This document shows positions 46,286 through 54,457 of a stretch of 64,000 nucleotides of DNA, one piece after another. The first letter of the stretch is position 1; every line of letters starts with the position of its first letter. A program made the translations under genes and the position numbers. This DNA comes from an uncultured Burkholderiales bacterium (GTDB lineage: Bacteria > Actinomycetota > Acidimicrobiia > IMCC26256 > JACPCJ01), in the NCBI GenBank assembly GCA_964615175.1, contig CAZTOV010000003.1, positions 3,708 through 67,707 of the forward strand, given 5' to 3'. The notes under the pieces are model-generated. The model ran no database searches, was not told where the DNA came from, and saw nothing but the letters and a program-made list of their open reading frames with translations.

Positions 46286-46618
46286 TCACGGAGTGTTATC
46301 GGCTTCATCCCGGCGTCCCGTCGCATCGGGAACGGCACCGTGCTCGAGTGCTCCACGAGTCGAACGCACGAAATTGACGACGGCGACTGCGATCACCGCG
46401 GGGAACCCCACCACCCCGACGATCTGAGCCAGCGAGTCGGACACGAGCGCACCGAGTTCACTGACCGCGGTCACGAGCAGGCTCCCCGCCGCGACGTCGA
46501 TGACGAGCCAGCCCCACGCCGGCAAGGACGGCCGCCGTACCGGCGCCCACGCGCGAGCAGCAACTCGTCGATCGGCATCCCGAAGTCGGCCCATCCCCGC
46601 ATTCTTGCCCGACGGCAC
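46286..46618 (-). CDS. Small membrane protein (hypothetical)
   Basis: 110 aa with two hydrophobic segments (WLVIDVAAGSLLVTAV; IVGVVGFPAVIAVAVV). Confidence 0.4.
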   Translation of the reverse strand: MPSGKNAGMGRLRDADRRVAARAWAPVRRPSLPAWGWLVIDVAAGSLLVTAVSELGALVSDSLAQIVGVVGFPAVIAVAVVNFVRSTRGALEHGAVPDATGRRDEADNTP

Positions 46619-46701
46619 CGCCCGTCGCAGCCGTCAACGCTCGTCGCCTCTGATGATGCGCGGCCGGCCCAGACGCAGGCATTGTCATTGCTCTACGGTC
46701 C

Positions 46702-47268
46702 TTGGGCATGCCGACGCTGAAGGACGAACTCGAGACCCTCACCGGTCGCGAGCCCCTGGATCTCAAGCACACCGTGCTCGCGGTCAGTCGCATCCCGTAT
46801 GGACGGCCGAGCGTGTTGACACCACGCGGCGTTCTCCGCGACTGGCGGGGCACGTGTTCGACCAAGCACCTGCTCCTCGCCGCCATCGTCGGTGAGGAGT
46901 GGCCGGACGTGGCGCTTCGCCTCTGGCACCGCCCCTACCGGGTCACCCCCGAGCTGGCGAAGGATCACTGGGGCGAAGAAGTGGCGGACCACGTTCCCCG
47001 GGAAGGTCTCGTCGACGTGCACACCTTCGCGACCATCGAGCGTGAGGTCCGCCCCGTGCGCGTCGACGTCACCTTCCCGCTTCGCGAGTGGGACGGGATC
47101 AGCGACACGCCCTTGGCGTGCGGGCCGGGAGACGACATCCCCGCGGGAAGCGACCCCCTGGCGTCGAAGGCAGAGCTGGTAGACGCCTCGTGCGATCCGA
47201 CCGTTCGCGAAGCCTTCATCGCTGTGCTCGCACGGCGCTCGCCGGGCGCTTCGACCGCCGTCCGCTGA
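46702..47268 (+). CDS. Hypothetical protein (possible transglutaminase-like Cys/His fold)
   Basis: 188 aa. GTCSTKHLLLAAIV and a later VDVHTF could be a Cys...His pair. Weak. Confidence 0.5.
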   Translation: MGMPTLKDELETLTGREPLDLKHTVLAVSRIPYGRPSVLTPRGVLRDWRGTCSTKHLLLAAIVGEEWPDVALRLWHRPYRVTPELAKDHWGEEVADHVPREGLVDVHTFATIEREVRPVRVDVTFPLREWDGISDTPLACGPGDDIPAGSDPLASKAELVDASCDPTVREAFIAVLARRSPGASTAVR

Positions 47269-47316
47269 TGTCCAACGGCACGCATACGTTGTCGTTCCCC
47301 GACGGCGGCTCGCTGC

Positions 47317-47550
47317 TCACCGATGGCGTTCCGACAGGATCAGTTCCGCGCACCGGATACCCACGAGCACGGCCAGATCGAGCACCACGGCAGAGAAGAG
47401 CAGCCCGTCGATCCAGGGCAGCGATGCGGGCTCGGAGAAGAGCCGGACGGCGGCCGGGACCGCAAGCAGCCAGGTCACGGCCACGGTGGCGGATCGGACC
47501 CGATCCAGATCCGCCCGGTGGGTAGGCGGGGCCGTCGGCGAGACGCTCAC
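47317..47550 (-). CDS. Small two-TM membrane protein coupled to TetR (candidate)
   Basis: GTG 47550 overlaps the TetR stop (GTGA at 47547-47550). Hydrophobic VAVTWLLAVPAAV and GLLFSAVVLDLAVLVGI. Confidence 0.35.
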   Translation of the reverse strand: MSVSPTAPPTHRADLDRVRSATVAVTWLLAVPAAVRLFSEPASLPWIDGLLFSAVVLDLAVLVGIRCAELILSERHR

Positions 47551-48155
47551 CGGTCCGTCGGGGCGAGGGTACCGAGGAGGGAGTCGATCCAGGCCGCCAC
47601 GAAGCGATCCGTATCCACCCCGGCCGGCTTGACGCCGAGGAGGGACGTCTGGATCCAGTAGCTCTGCAGCGATCCGAGCCAGATCGCAGCGAAGGCCTCC
47701 GGATCGTCGGCCACCACATTCCCGGCGGCGGTTTGGCCCGTGAGGTAGTCGGTGAACCACTTGTAGGCCGGATCCAAGATCCGGGCGCGGGCTTCGGCGA
47801 GGAGCCCGGGGAACGCTTCCGCCTCCTTGAGGAGTACCCGGAGCAGGTCCCGCCATGACTCCATCAGGGTTAACGACCCGCGGGCCAACAAGGTGAGTTC
47901 GGCGCGCAGATCACCGAGGGGGAGGGCGTCGAACGCCGAGTAGCCGGCGTCGGCGAGTTCGATGGCCTGGTCGACCGCGGCCTCGAGGAGCGCCTCCTTC
48001 GAGGGGAAGTGTGCGTAGAGCGCGCCCGAGCCCGGCGAGAGGCCGGCGGCGGCCTCGATGTCGACCACCGTGGTCCCTCGGAAGCCCTTGTCGGCGAAGA
48101 GCCGGAGCGCCTCAGCGATGAGTCGATCCTTGGTTCCCGCAGGTGGCGATGGCAT
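47547..48155 (-). CDS. TetR family transcriptional regulator
   Basis: 202 aa. HTH LRLFADKGFRGTTVVDIEAAAGLSPGSGALYAHFPSKEAL. Confidence 0.9.
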   Translation of the reverse strand: MPSPPAGTKDRLIAEALRLFADKGFRGTTVVDIEAAAGLSPGSGALYAHFPSKEALLEAAVDQAIELADAGYSAFDALPLGDLRAELTLLARGSLTLMESWRDLLRVLLKEAEAFPGLLAEARARILDPAYKWFTDYLTGQTAAGNVVADDPEAFAAIWLGSLQSYWIQTSLLGVKPAGVDTDRFVAAWIDSLLGTLAPTDR

Positions 48156-48167
48156 CGGATCCTCACT

Positions 48168-48200
48168 AAGTGATCACTTGATTATACCAAGTAAACACTT
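48168..48200. promoter_or_regulatory. Two operator-like half-palindromic sites in an AT-rich promoter patch
   Basis: AAGTGATCACTT (48168-48179, perfect palindrome) and AAGTAAACACTT (48189-48200, 10/12 identical), spaced 21 bp apart. 48161-48200 has 14 G+C of 40. Confidence 0.5.
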
Positions 48201-48415
48201 ATTACGCTGCAGGCGTCAAGGACGTATGCATTGGTCCAAGGGTCGAGTCTTCCCCAGCGCGTCAGTGCCAGCACCAGGGTGTGCTCCTCGAGCTGCTCCC
48301 CTACGCGGTGGCGCTCGGGCTCACCGACCGCTGGTCGAAGATCATCGGCGTCGCTCTCTCGACCCAGCGGGTGGTGAGGAGAGCTTCGATGGTTTCGAAC
48401 TCTATGGGAGCCCTT

Positions 48416-49288
48416 TCACTCCGCGGTGCGGAGAGGTGCTCGCCGCGTATCCGATCGCACTGCCCCTCCGTTGTTCGGCGCCAAGGTCGCTCGCACCGTC
48501 ACCTCGGGGGACGGTGGAACTGCCTCGATGACGACGGTTCCGGTGAATCCGTAGCCCTCGACCTCGTAGCTGAGGCGACCCCCGCCGCCTTCCCCTCCGG
48601 CGGCCCCACTGCTGCCGGGCATGCTCCAACCTCCGAAGCGGACCTCTTGGAGGCGTTCGGAGTAGTAGTCCGACACGGCGTCGAAGGACGCTCCTTCGAT
48701 GACCCAGGTCGCCGTGACCGACCCTTCATCACCCTGCTCGGTAGATACGAGTTCCGCGTCGAGGTAGACCGGGAATTCGGGCGGGAAGCCCTCGGGATTC
48801 TCGAAACGCTCGGGCGGTGGCGCGAGGTTCGCGGCGAGGATCGCCAGAAGATTCACGGCGGTGTACTCCTGCCGATCCACATCGTCGGTGTCCATGTCTT
48901 CTCGAAGCGCAGCGGCTCTCGCTTCAGCGCGTGCGTTGATCGCGGCATGCGCCCATCCGCGTTCGCATCCCGCGTCCTCTTGGGCAGCATCCATTTCTTC
49001 AATTCGCTCGCTCAGGTCCGGGGAACCTGACGCGAGGTCTCGCATGACCGACCAGATGTCGACCTGCTGAGGGTGTGTGGCCTCGATGTCGCCGAAGGGG
49101 ATGCCCGCAGCCGCGACCGATGCGTGCTCGGCCAGATCGACGACCAGGTCGGCAACGTCGCCGGCCAGCACCTCGCACCCGGGCCCATCCCGATCGTCTG
49201 CCGATGAGCCGTCGGACGACTCGGTGGTGCAGGCCCCTACGACAGCGACGCACATGGCGACGACGATGAGGCGAGCGGCTGTGCCCAT
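48416..49288 (-). CDS. Lipoprotein of unknown function
   Basis: ATG 49288 (MGTAARLIVVAMCVAVVGAC, lipobox). The ORF track's longer start at 49357 is unlikely. Confidence 0.6.
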   Translation of the reverse strand: MGTAARLIVVAMCVAVVGACTTESSDGSSADDRDGPGCEVLAGDVADLVVDLAEHASVAAAGIPFGDIEATHPQQVDIWSVMRDLASGSPDLSERIEEMDAAQEDAGCERGWAHAAINARAEARAAALREDMDTDDVDRQEYTAVNLLAILAANLAPPPERFENPEGFPPEFPVYLDAELVSTEQGDEGSVTATWVIEGASFDAVSDYYSERLQEVRFGGWSMPGSSGAAGGEGGGGRLSYEVEGYGFTGTVVIEAVPPSPEVTVRATLAPNNGGAVRSDTRRAPLRTAE

Positions 49289-49411
49289 CAAGACGAAGGT
49301 ACGCGATCTCGACGGCGCGTCACGGGAGTTGACGCGAGGACGAGGCGACAGCTCCATGCTGGGAAGATCGTCGCTGGCTGCTCTCGGGCGGGGACGCTGC
49401 CACCTTTGACA

Positions 49412-50410
49412 TCACGGATCGAGGGGGTGGAGTCGGGCTTGGACTTCGACAACGCCGGCGCCGTAGCGGTCATCGAAGCGCTCCTGCAGTCCGTCGTCGA
49501 CGACAACGCCGATCTTGACCTGGCCGCTCACCTCGTCGATGAAACTGATCAGGAAGTCGCCGACCTCCGCTTGCACCTCGGCTCGGATCTCCTCGAGTTC
49601 CGCTGCGCTGATCGACGCCTCGCTCACACAGAGGGCGCCACCCCAGATCTCGCGGATCGCGTCCTCGTGTCGTTCCAGGTCGTCGGTGAAGCTGAGGTTC
49701 AGGATCAGCTTGGTCGGGTCGTTCCCTGTCGACTCGTCGTGGGGCGCCGGGTTGATCGACTGGTCCAGCCAGACGCCTGTGCCGGTGGGCTGGGAACGTG
49801 CGTACTCTTTGGCTCGATTCATGGAGTCGTCCGAGGTCCGTGTCTCGTCGATCACGCGCCAACCGCCGTCAGGCTCGGGGCAGGGTGTTGAAGAGCCGAC
49901 CGGCTCGGGCTCCGCTGAACCGGCCTCCTCGGCGGGTGCAGGAGAGGGCGGCTCCGTCAGGGTGAGCGAGTCGCCGTCCCAGGTGCCCACGACCGTGTAG
50001 GTGCCCCATGTCGTGCCGGAGGCCGACTCCTCGTCATCCACGGCGTCCCAGTCCCATCCGATGACATCGGGGCCGCCGCACTGCGGTGGGTACGACTGTG
50101 CAACCCCTCCCAGACACAGCTGCGGACCGTGATCAGGCGATTCCAGCACCATGGATTTGGTGGTGTAGCGGGTCTCGTCCGACCCGGCCGGCCCCACCTC
50201 GACAGAGACATCATCCCCGCCGTCGATACCGATCGCGAGCGCGATCAGGACCGCGACCGCGACCGACCCTCCGGCGGCCAACAGGATCTGTCGGCGGCGT
50301 CGCCGGCGGAGTCTGATCCGTCCCTCGACCGCGTCCCACGAATCCTCCTGAGGGTCGAAGGTCCGCGCGTGCGAGCGCAGGCCCTCCCTCAGCTCCTCTT
50401 CAAACCTCAT
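49412..50410 (-). CDS. Single-pass membrane protein, putative anti-sigma factor
   Basis: ATG 50410 overlaps the sigma-factor stop (ATGA). Short cytoplasmic N-terminus, basic stretch RRRRRRQ plus TM ILLAAGGSVAVAVLIALAI, ~270-aa extracytoplasmic part. Confidence 0.6.
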   Translation of the reverse strand: MRFEEELREGLRSHARTFDPQEDSWDAVEGRIRLRRRRRRQILLAAGGSVAVAVLIALAIGIDGGDDVSVEVGPAGSDETRYTTKSMVLESPDHGPQLCLGGVAQSYPPQCGGPDVIGWDWDAVDDEESASGTTWGTYTVVGTWDGDSLTLTEPPSPAPAEEAGSAEPEPVGSSTPCPEPDGGWRVIDETRTSDDSMNRAKEYARSQPTGTGVWLDQSINPAPHDESTGNDPTKLILNLSFTDDLERHEDAIREIWGGALCVSEASISAAELEEIRAEVQAEVGDFLISFIDEVSGQVKIGVVVDDGLQERFDDRYGAGVVEVQARLHPLDP

Positions 50411-50961
50411 CGGTCTTCCTCCAGGCGGGATTCCAGAGTTCGCAGCCCGCGATGTGTGTGGGTCTTGACCGAGCCTGTTGAGATGCCGAGCGACGACGCG
50501 ATCTCGTCTTCCTTCAGATCCGCGTAGAAACGGAGCAGCAAGCACTGCTGCTGGCGGGCTGGTAGGCGGCGGAGCTCCGCGAGCAGGTGCCGTTGCCGCT
50601 CACTCGTCAGCGCCGAGTCCTCCGGGATGACGGGATCCGGTCCTCGTGTGGGGACCAGGCGCGCCGCCAGCGTTCGCCGGCGCAACCGCTTGCGAGCACC
50701 GTTGAGTGTGGCGCTCCGCAGGTACGACACACGCCGCTCCGGCTCCCGAATGCGATCCCACCTCTCGTACGTGCTCGCGAACGCGTCCTGTGTCACCTCC
50801 TCGGCGAGGTCACGCCGCCCCAAGAGCAGACCCGCCAGGCGGACCAGCGCCTCGTACTGGTCGGCATGAAGTCGAGCAACCTCGACCTCGCGGCCCTCCA
50901 TCAGGTCGCTCGGCACGCCCCCTACCCCCATCGGGCTCCCCACAGCCAGTGATTCCCCCAT
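50407..50961 (-). CDS. ECF-type sigma-70 family RNA polymerase sigma factor
   Basis: 184 aa. Region 2 (AEEVTQDAFASTYERWDRI) and region 4 HTH (EDEIASSLGISTGSVKTHTHRGLRTL). Confidence 0.85.
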   Translation of the reverse strand: MGESLAVGSPMGVGGVPSDLMEGREVEVARLHADQYEALVRLAGLLLGRRDLAEEVTQDAFASTYERWDRIREPERRVSYLRSATLNGARKRLRRRTLAARLVPTRGPDPVIPEDSALTSERQRHLLAELRRLPARQQQCLLLRFYADLKEDEIASSLGISTGSVKTHTHRGLRTLESRLEEDR

Positions 50962-51190
50962 CTACCCTTACTGACCAACGAGCCTGCCCCACGGTTGACA
51001 CGATCGGACAGATCTCTCCGGAGAGCCGCCTGACATATCGAGCCGGCTCGACTGTTTGTTGTCCCGAAGTGCCTGCTCGAGGTGGCGGCCAGAACGGGTC
51101 GTCGCAACACCAGACACACCGGACACGCGACCGCGAGACATCGGCACCTCGCGTGCGCGTTCGAGGGCAGTGAGTTGCGTGGGGGTGCCG

Positions 51191-51802
51191 TCAGTTCGCG
51201 TCGGTGTCCAGGAGTGCGGTGCTGAGCGCGAGGAAGGTTTCGAGGAATCGTTCATCGTCGATGCCGAGTGGGGGCGCCCCGAAGGTCCAGGTGGATCGGC
51301 GTAGGTTGATGAGGGCGCCGACCATGAGTACGGCCAGGGCCTCGTGGTCGATGGGTTCGGTGGTCACGGTGGCGGCCCAACGCTCGATGAAGGATGCGGC
51401 GATCCTGTAGCCGCGGTCGGAGATGCCTTCTCGCATGCGGTCGCGTAGCTCCGGGAGCCGATCGCCTTCTCGTTCGATGACGTGGGTGATCGTGCGTTCC
51501 TGGTCGAGTTCGGCGAGGATCCACCGAGCAACCGCGTCGATCGCGGGTGCGGGTTCGGTGAGGGGCGCGTCGGTCAGGTCGACTTCGATCTCGTTGATCG
51601 CGGCGAGGTGCTGTTCGACGCCGGCCTGGAGCACGGCGAGCTTGGAGTCGAAGTACTTGTAGAGCGCCCCGCTGCGCGGCGCGAGGCCGGCTCCGGTCTC
51701 GATGTCGCCAACGCTGACACCGTCGAAGCCGCGCTCGGCGACGAGCTTCAGTGTGGCGTCGATGAGGCGTTCTCGGGTGTCGGTCGATCGGGACTTGACC
51801 AT
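51191..51802 (-). CDS. TetR family transcriptional regulator
   Basis: ATG 51802 (MVKSRSTDTRERLIDATLKLVAERGFDGVSVGDIETGAGLAPRSGALYKYFDSK). The upstream ORF extension is spurious. Confidence 0.9.
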   Translation of the reverse strand: MVKSRSTDTRERLIDATLKLVAERGFDGVSVGDIETGAGLAPRSGALYKYFDSKLAVLQAGVEQHLAAINEIEVDLTDAPLTEPAPAIDAVARWILAELDQERTITHVIEREGDRLPELRDRMREGISDRGYRIAASFIERWAATVTTEPIDHEALAVLMVGALINLRRSTWTFGAPPLGIDDERFLETFLALSTALLDTDAN

Positions 51803-51846
51803 CACTACAACTGTAGTGATACTGGCATCACTACAACCGTAGTGAT
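51801..51846. promoter_or_regulatory. Tandem 20-bp palindromic operators between divergent TetR and SRPBCC genes
   Basis: ATCACTACA-AC-TGTAGTGAT (51801-51820, perfect) and ATCACTACA-AC-CGTAGTGAT (51827-51846, 1 mismatch), 26 bp centre to centre. Each overlaps one of the two start codons. Confidence 0.7.
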
Positions 51847-52327
51847 GCCAGACCGACTGGAAACGGAAATGACCGTGCGCGCAGAAGCCACGAGGGTGGT
51901 TCCGGCCACCAGCCAGGAGGTCCTCGAGTTCGTTCTCGATCTCGAACGATACCGGCGGGCCGACACCAAGATCGGGCGAGTGACCCAGCCGATCGAGTTG
52001 GACGAGAACGGTGAAGGCCGCACCCGCTACTGGGGTCGGCTTCGAGGCACCCCGCCGGTTCCCGACACCAACATCGTCCAGCTCCGGCGATGGCACGAGT
52101 TGATCTTCATCGGGGCCCCTCGCCAACCCGCCCGACTGGTCCTCGATTTCACCGGCCGATTCACCTGCACCGACATCGACGGCGGCTGCGAGGTCACCCA
52201 CGGATACGAGATGACGTTCCGCCGACCCTTCCGGTGGATCTATGAACCGCTCCTGGACCCGTGGTTACAGACCGAACTCGAAGCCGAACTCGACCGCGTC
52301 CAGCGCATCCTTGGCGGTGAGCAGTGA
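51845..52327 (+). CDS. SRPBCC family protein
   Basis: ATG 51845 (or 51869). ..RVVPATSQEVLEFVLDLERYRRADTKIG.. is typical of the SRPBCC/polyketide-cyclase fold. Its stop overlaps the next start. Confidence 0.7.
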   Translation: MPDRLETEMTVRAEATRVVPATSQEVLEFVLDLERYRRADTKIGRVTQPIELDENGEGRTRYWGRLRGTPPVPDTNIVQLRRWHELIFIGAPRQPARLVLDFTGRFTCTDIDGGCEVTHGYEMTFRRPFRWIYEPLLDPWLQTELEAELDRVQRILGGEQ

Positions 52328-52767
52328 CCGATACCGCAACCGGTGACGAGCGCAAACGGCGCCGGGCGGTTGCACTCCAGCGGTGGCTCCTCAACCCACC
52401 GATGAAGCTGCTCGTCTGGCTCGGTCTCATCCCTGGCCACGTCATCGTCGAGACACGCGGACAGAGGACCGGGCGTCGTCGACGGACCGTCGTCGGCGCT
52501 CACCACGACGGCGACACGGTGTGGATCATCGCCGAGCAGGGCCGACACGCGGCCTGGGTTCGCAACCTCGAAGCCGAACCCGAGATCCGGGTCCGACACC
52601 GGGCACGATGGCGTCTCGCCCGAGCAGTGGTGGTAGACGGCGACGACCCCGGGGAGCGCCTGGCGACATGGCGCCGGCCCGGGCATGCCCGCCTCATCCA
52701 GGCGTTCGGGACCCAACTCACAACGGTTCGAGTCGACCTTGCAAAGTCGACCACACCGACGGGCTGA
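52324..52767 (+). CDS. Deazaflavin (F420)-dependent nitroreductase family protein (Ddn/DUF385-like)
   Basis: 147 aa. LNPPMKLLVWLGLIPGHVIVETRGQRTGRRRRTVV..WIIAEQGRHAAWVRNLEAEPEIRV. Confidence 0.8.
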   Translation: MTDTATGDERKRRRAVALQRWLLNPPMKLLVWLGLIPGHVIVETRGQRTGRRRRTVVGAHHDGDTVWIIAEQGRHAAWVRNLEAEPEIRVRHRARWRLARAVVVDGDDPGERLATWRRPGHARLIQAFGTQLTTVRVDLAKSTTPTG

Positions 52768-53112
52768 TATCGACATCGCCGCGTTGACGATGCGCTGCCC
52801 AGGGTGCTGACGAGCCGGCGATTGGGGGCACCCTGAGCCGAAGCCCTGATCCTCGTCGGCGGAGCGAGTCTGTGGAAACTTTGAAGTCACCGGAGCGTCG
52901 TGATTTCGGCGGATTCGGGCAAGATCACGACGCTTCCGTGGCGTGAAATGCGAGTCCGATCGTTCAGGCGTCGCCCCCATCACCCGTATCAGTGCCGGTC
53001 GGTGGCACCGAATACCGGACGCCCATGGAATCAATCCAGACCCCCACGTGACGCGCAATTGGTTCTTCCCTTCCCCAACTCCTCGGCTTGCGGGTAGGTG
53101 AAGGCCGAGCGG

Positions 53113-53604
53113 CTAGATGTGGTGACCGGCGAGGGGTGTGGCGAGTCGGATGAGGTTGTGGCGGGCGGCCCATACGTAGAGCTCGCAGGGTGCGCATCTT
53201 CCGATGGCGGCCTCGAAGGTCACGGCGACGGCGTTGGCGAGCACCAGCATCCAGCCGATGGTCGAGTAGCCGGCGGCGATGGCGACGGCGACTGAGGAGA
53301 GACCGACGCCTCCGAGCGCGGCTGAGAATCGTGGCGGGCGGGCGTCGATGGGAGGGACGTCGGCGAGGCGTGGGGCGACGAGCCGCTGGTGGATCTGGAT
53401 GAAGAGCGCCCAGGAGGGCCAGCGCAGCGCTCCGATCCCCAGGATGAGCCCGGTGACGGCGACGAGCACCCAGGAGTCGGTCAGCCAGGCCACTACGAGA
53501 AGCACCGCCTGACCGATGAGCTGAGCTCGTTGGGCGTTGCCGTCGATGAGGGGTGCGGTGGTCGAAGATCCAGAAGTCATCAGAATTCGTAGTATGGTCA
53601 GCAT
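53113..53604 (-). CDS. DUF4395-like membrane protein
   Basis: 163 aa (alternative ATG 53580). Four hydrophobic segments and a C-terminal CAPCELY motif. Confidence 0.65.
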   Translation of the reverse strand: MLTILRILMTSGSSTTAPLIDGNAQRAQLIGQAVLLVVAWLTDSWVLVAVTGLILGIGALRWPSWALFIQIHQRLVAPRLADVPPIDARPPRFSAALGGVGLSSVAVAIAAGYSTIGWMLVLANAVAVTFEAAIGRCAPCELYVWAARHNLIRLATPLAGHHI

Positions 53605-53607
53605 CCG

Positions 53608-54207
53608 ATGACCACGTCAACTCGCGACCGATTGTTGGATTCGGCCCAGGAACTGTTCGCCCACGAGGGCTTCGATGGCACGAGCGTGGGAGAGATCGAA
53701 GAACACGCCGGGCTCACCAAACGCGGAGGTGCGCTCTACAAGCACTTCCCCTCCAAGGAAGCGGTTCTCGCTGCGGTGATCGACCGCCACGCCGGCAGCG
53801 TCGCCGCCGCCCGCGACGTGGGCGCGTTGCTCCCCCTCGGCGATCTCCGCGCCGAGCTCACCCTCGTCGCCCGTTTCACACTTGCGGAACTCGACCAGGA
53901 AGAGGAGATCCACCGCATCCTCGACCGGGCCGGCGACCGGATCCCCGACGCTCGTGAGCGAATGCTCACCGAGGTGCTCGAACCCGCCTATCGCGACCTC
54001 AGCGAGCTCCTCCAACGGTGGGTCAACAACGAATCGGCCCTCGAAGATCCCGATGCCGTCGTCATGCTGCTCGTCGGCGGGCTGGTGAATCTCCGCCGGA
54101 ACCGCTGGACCTTCGGCCGAGTCCCGCTCGACGTCGAGGACGACCGTGCCATCGTCGCATGGGTCGAGACAGCCCTCGGCGTCATCGAACACTTCGCCAC
54201 CGAATAG
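53608..54207 (+). CDS. TetR family transcriptional regulator
   Basis: 199 aa. LLDSAQELFAHEGFDGTSVGEIEEHAGLTKRGGALYKHFPSKEAVL. Paralogous to 51191..51802. Confidence 0.9.
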   Translation: MTTSTRDRLLDSAQELFAHEGFDGTSVGEIEEHAGLTKRGGALYKHFPSKEAVLAAVIDRHAGSVAAARDVGALLPLGDLRAELTLVARFTLAELDQEEEIHRILDRAGDRIPDARERMLTEVLEPAYRDLSELLQRWVNNESALEDPDAVVMLLVGGLVNLRRNRWTFGRVPLDVEDDRAIVAWVETALGVIEHFATE

Positions 54208-54457
54208 CACGGGGGCAGCCCACGGCCCGCGTATGACCGCTGGTTTCGTGTGGCCGAGAACGGCGACACGCGCTCGGGGGCGAAATTGTAGGGATGTCGC
54301 GGATTCTCGGCCCGGTGGCGTTCGCCATCGCCTCTGTGGTCACGGTCGGTGCGCCGGACCTTGTACGGCGACCTCCCCGAATCCGTGCTCGGGACAGCGA
54401 GGGAACTGAGTTCGGCGGCGGGAGGGGTGTCGTGAGTGAACCTCTGGCGTCAGTTGG

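Noticed and set aside
48281-49030. 249-aa plus-strand ORF divergent from the TetR gene
   Set aside because: Most of it is antisense to the better-supported lipoprotein gene. Only the first ~40 codons look genuine (possible gene remnant), which is not enough to call a feature.
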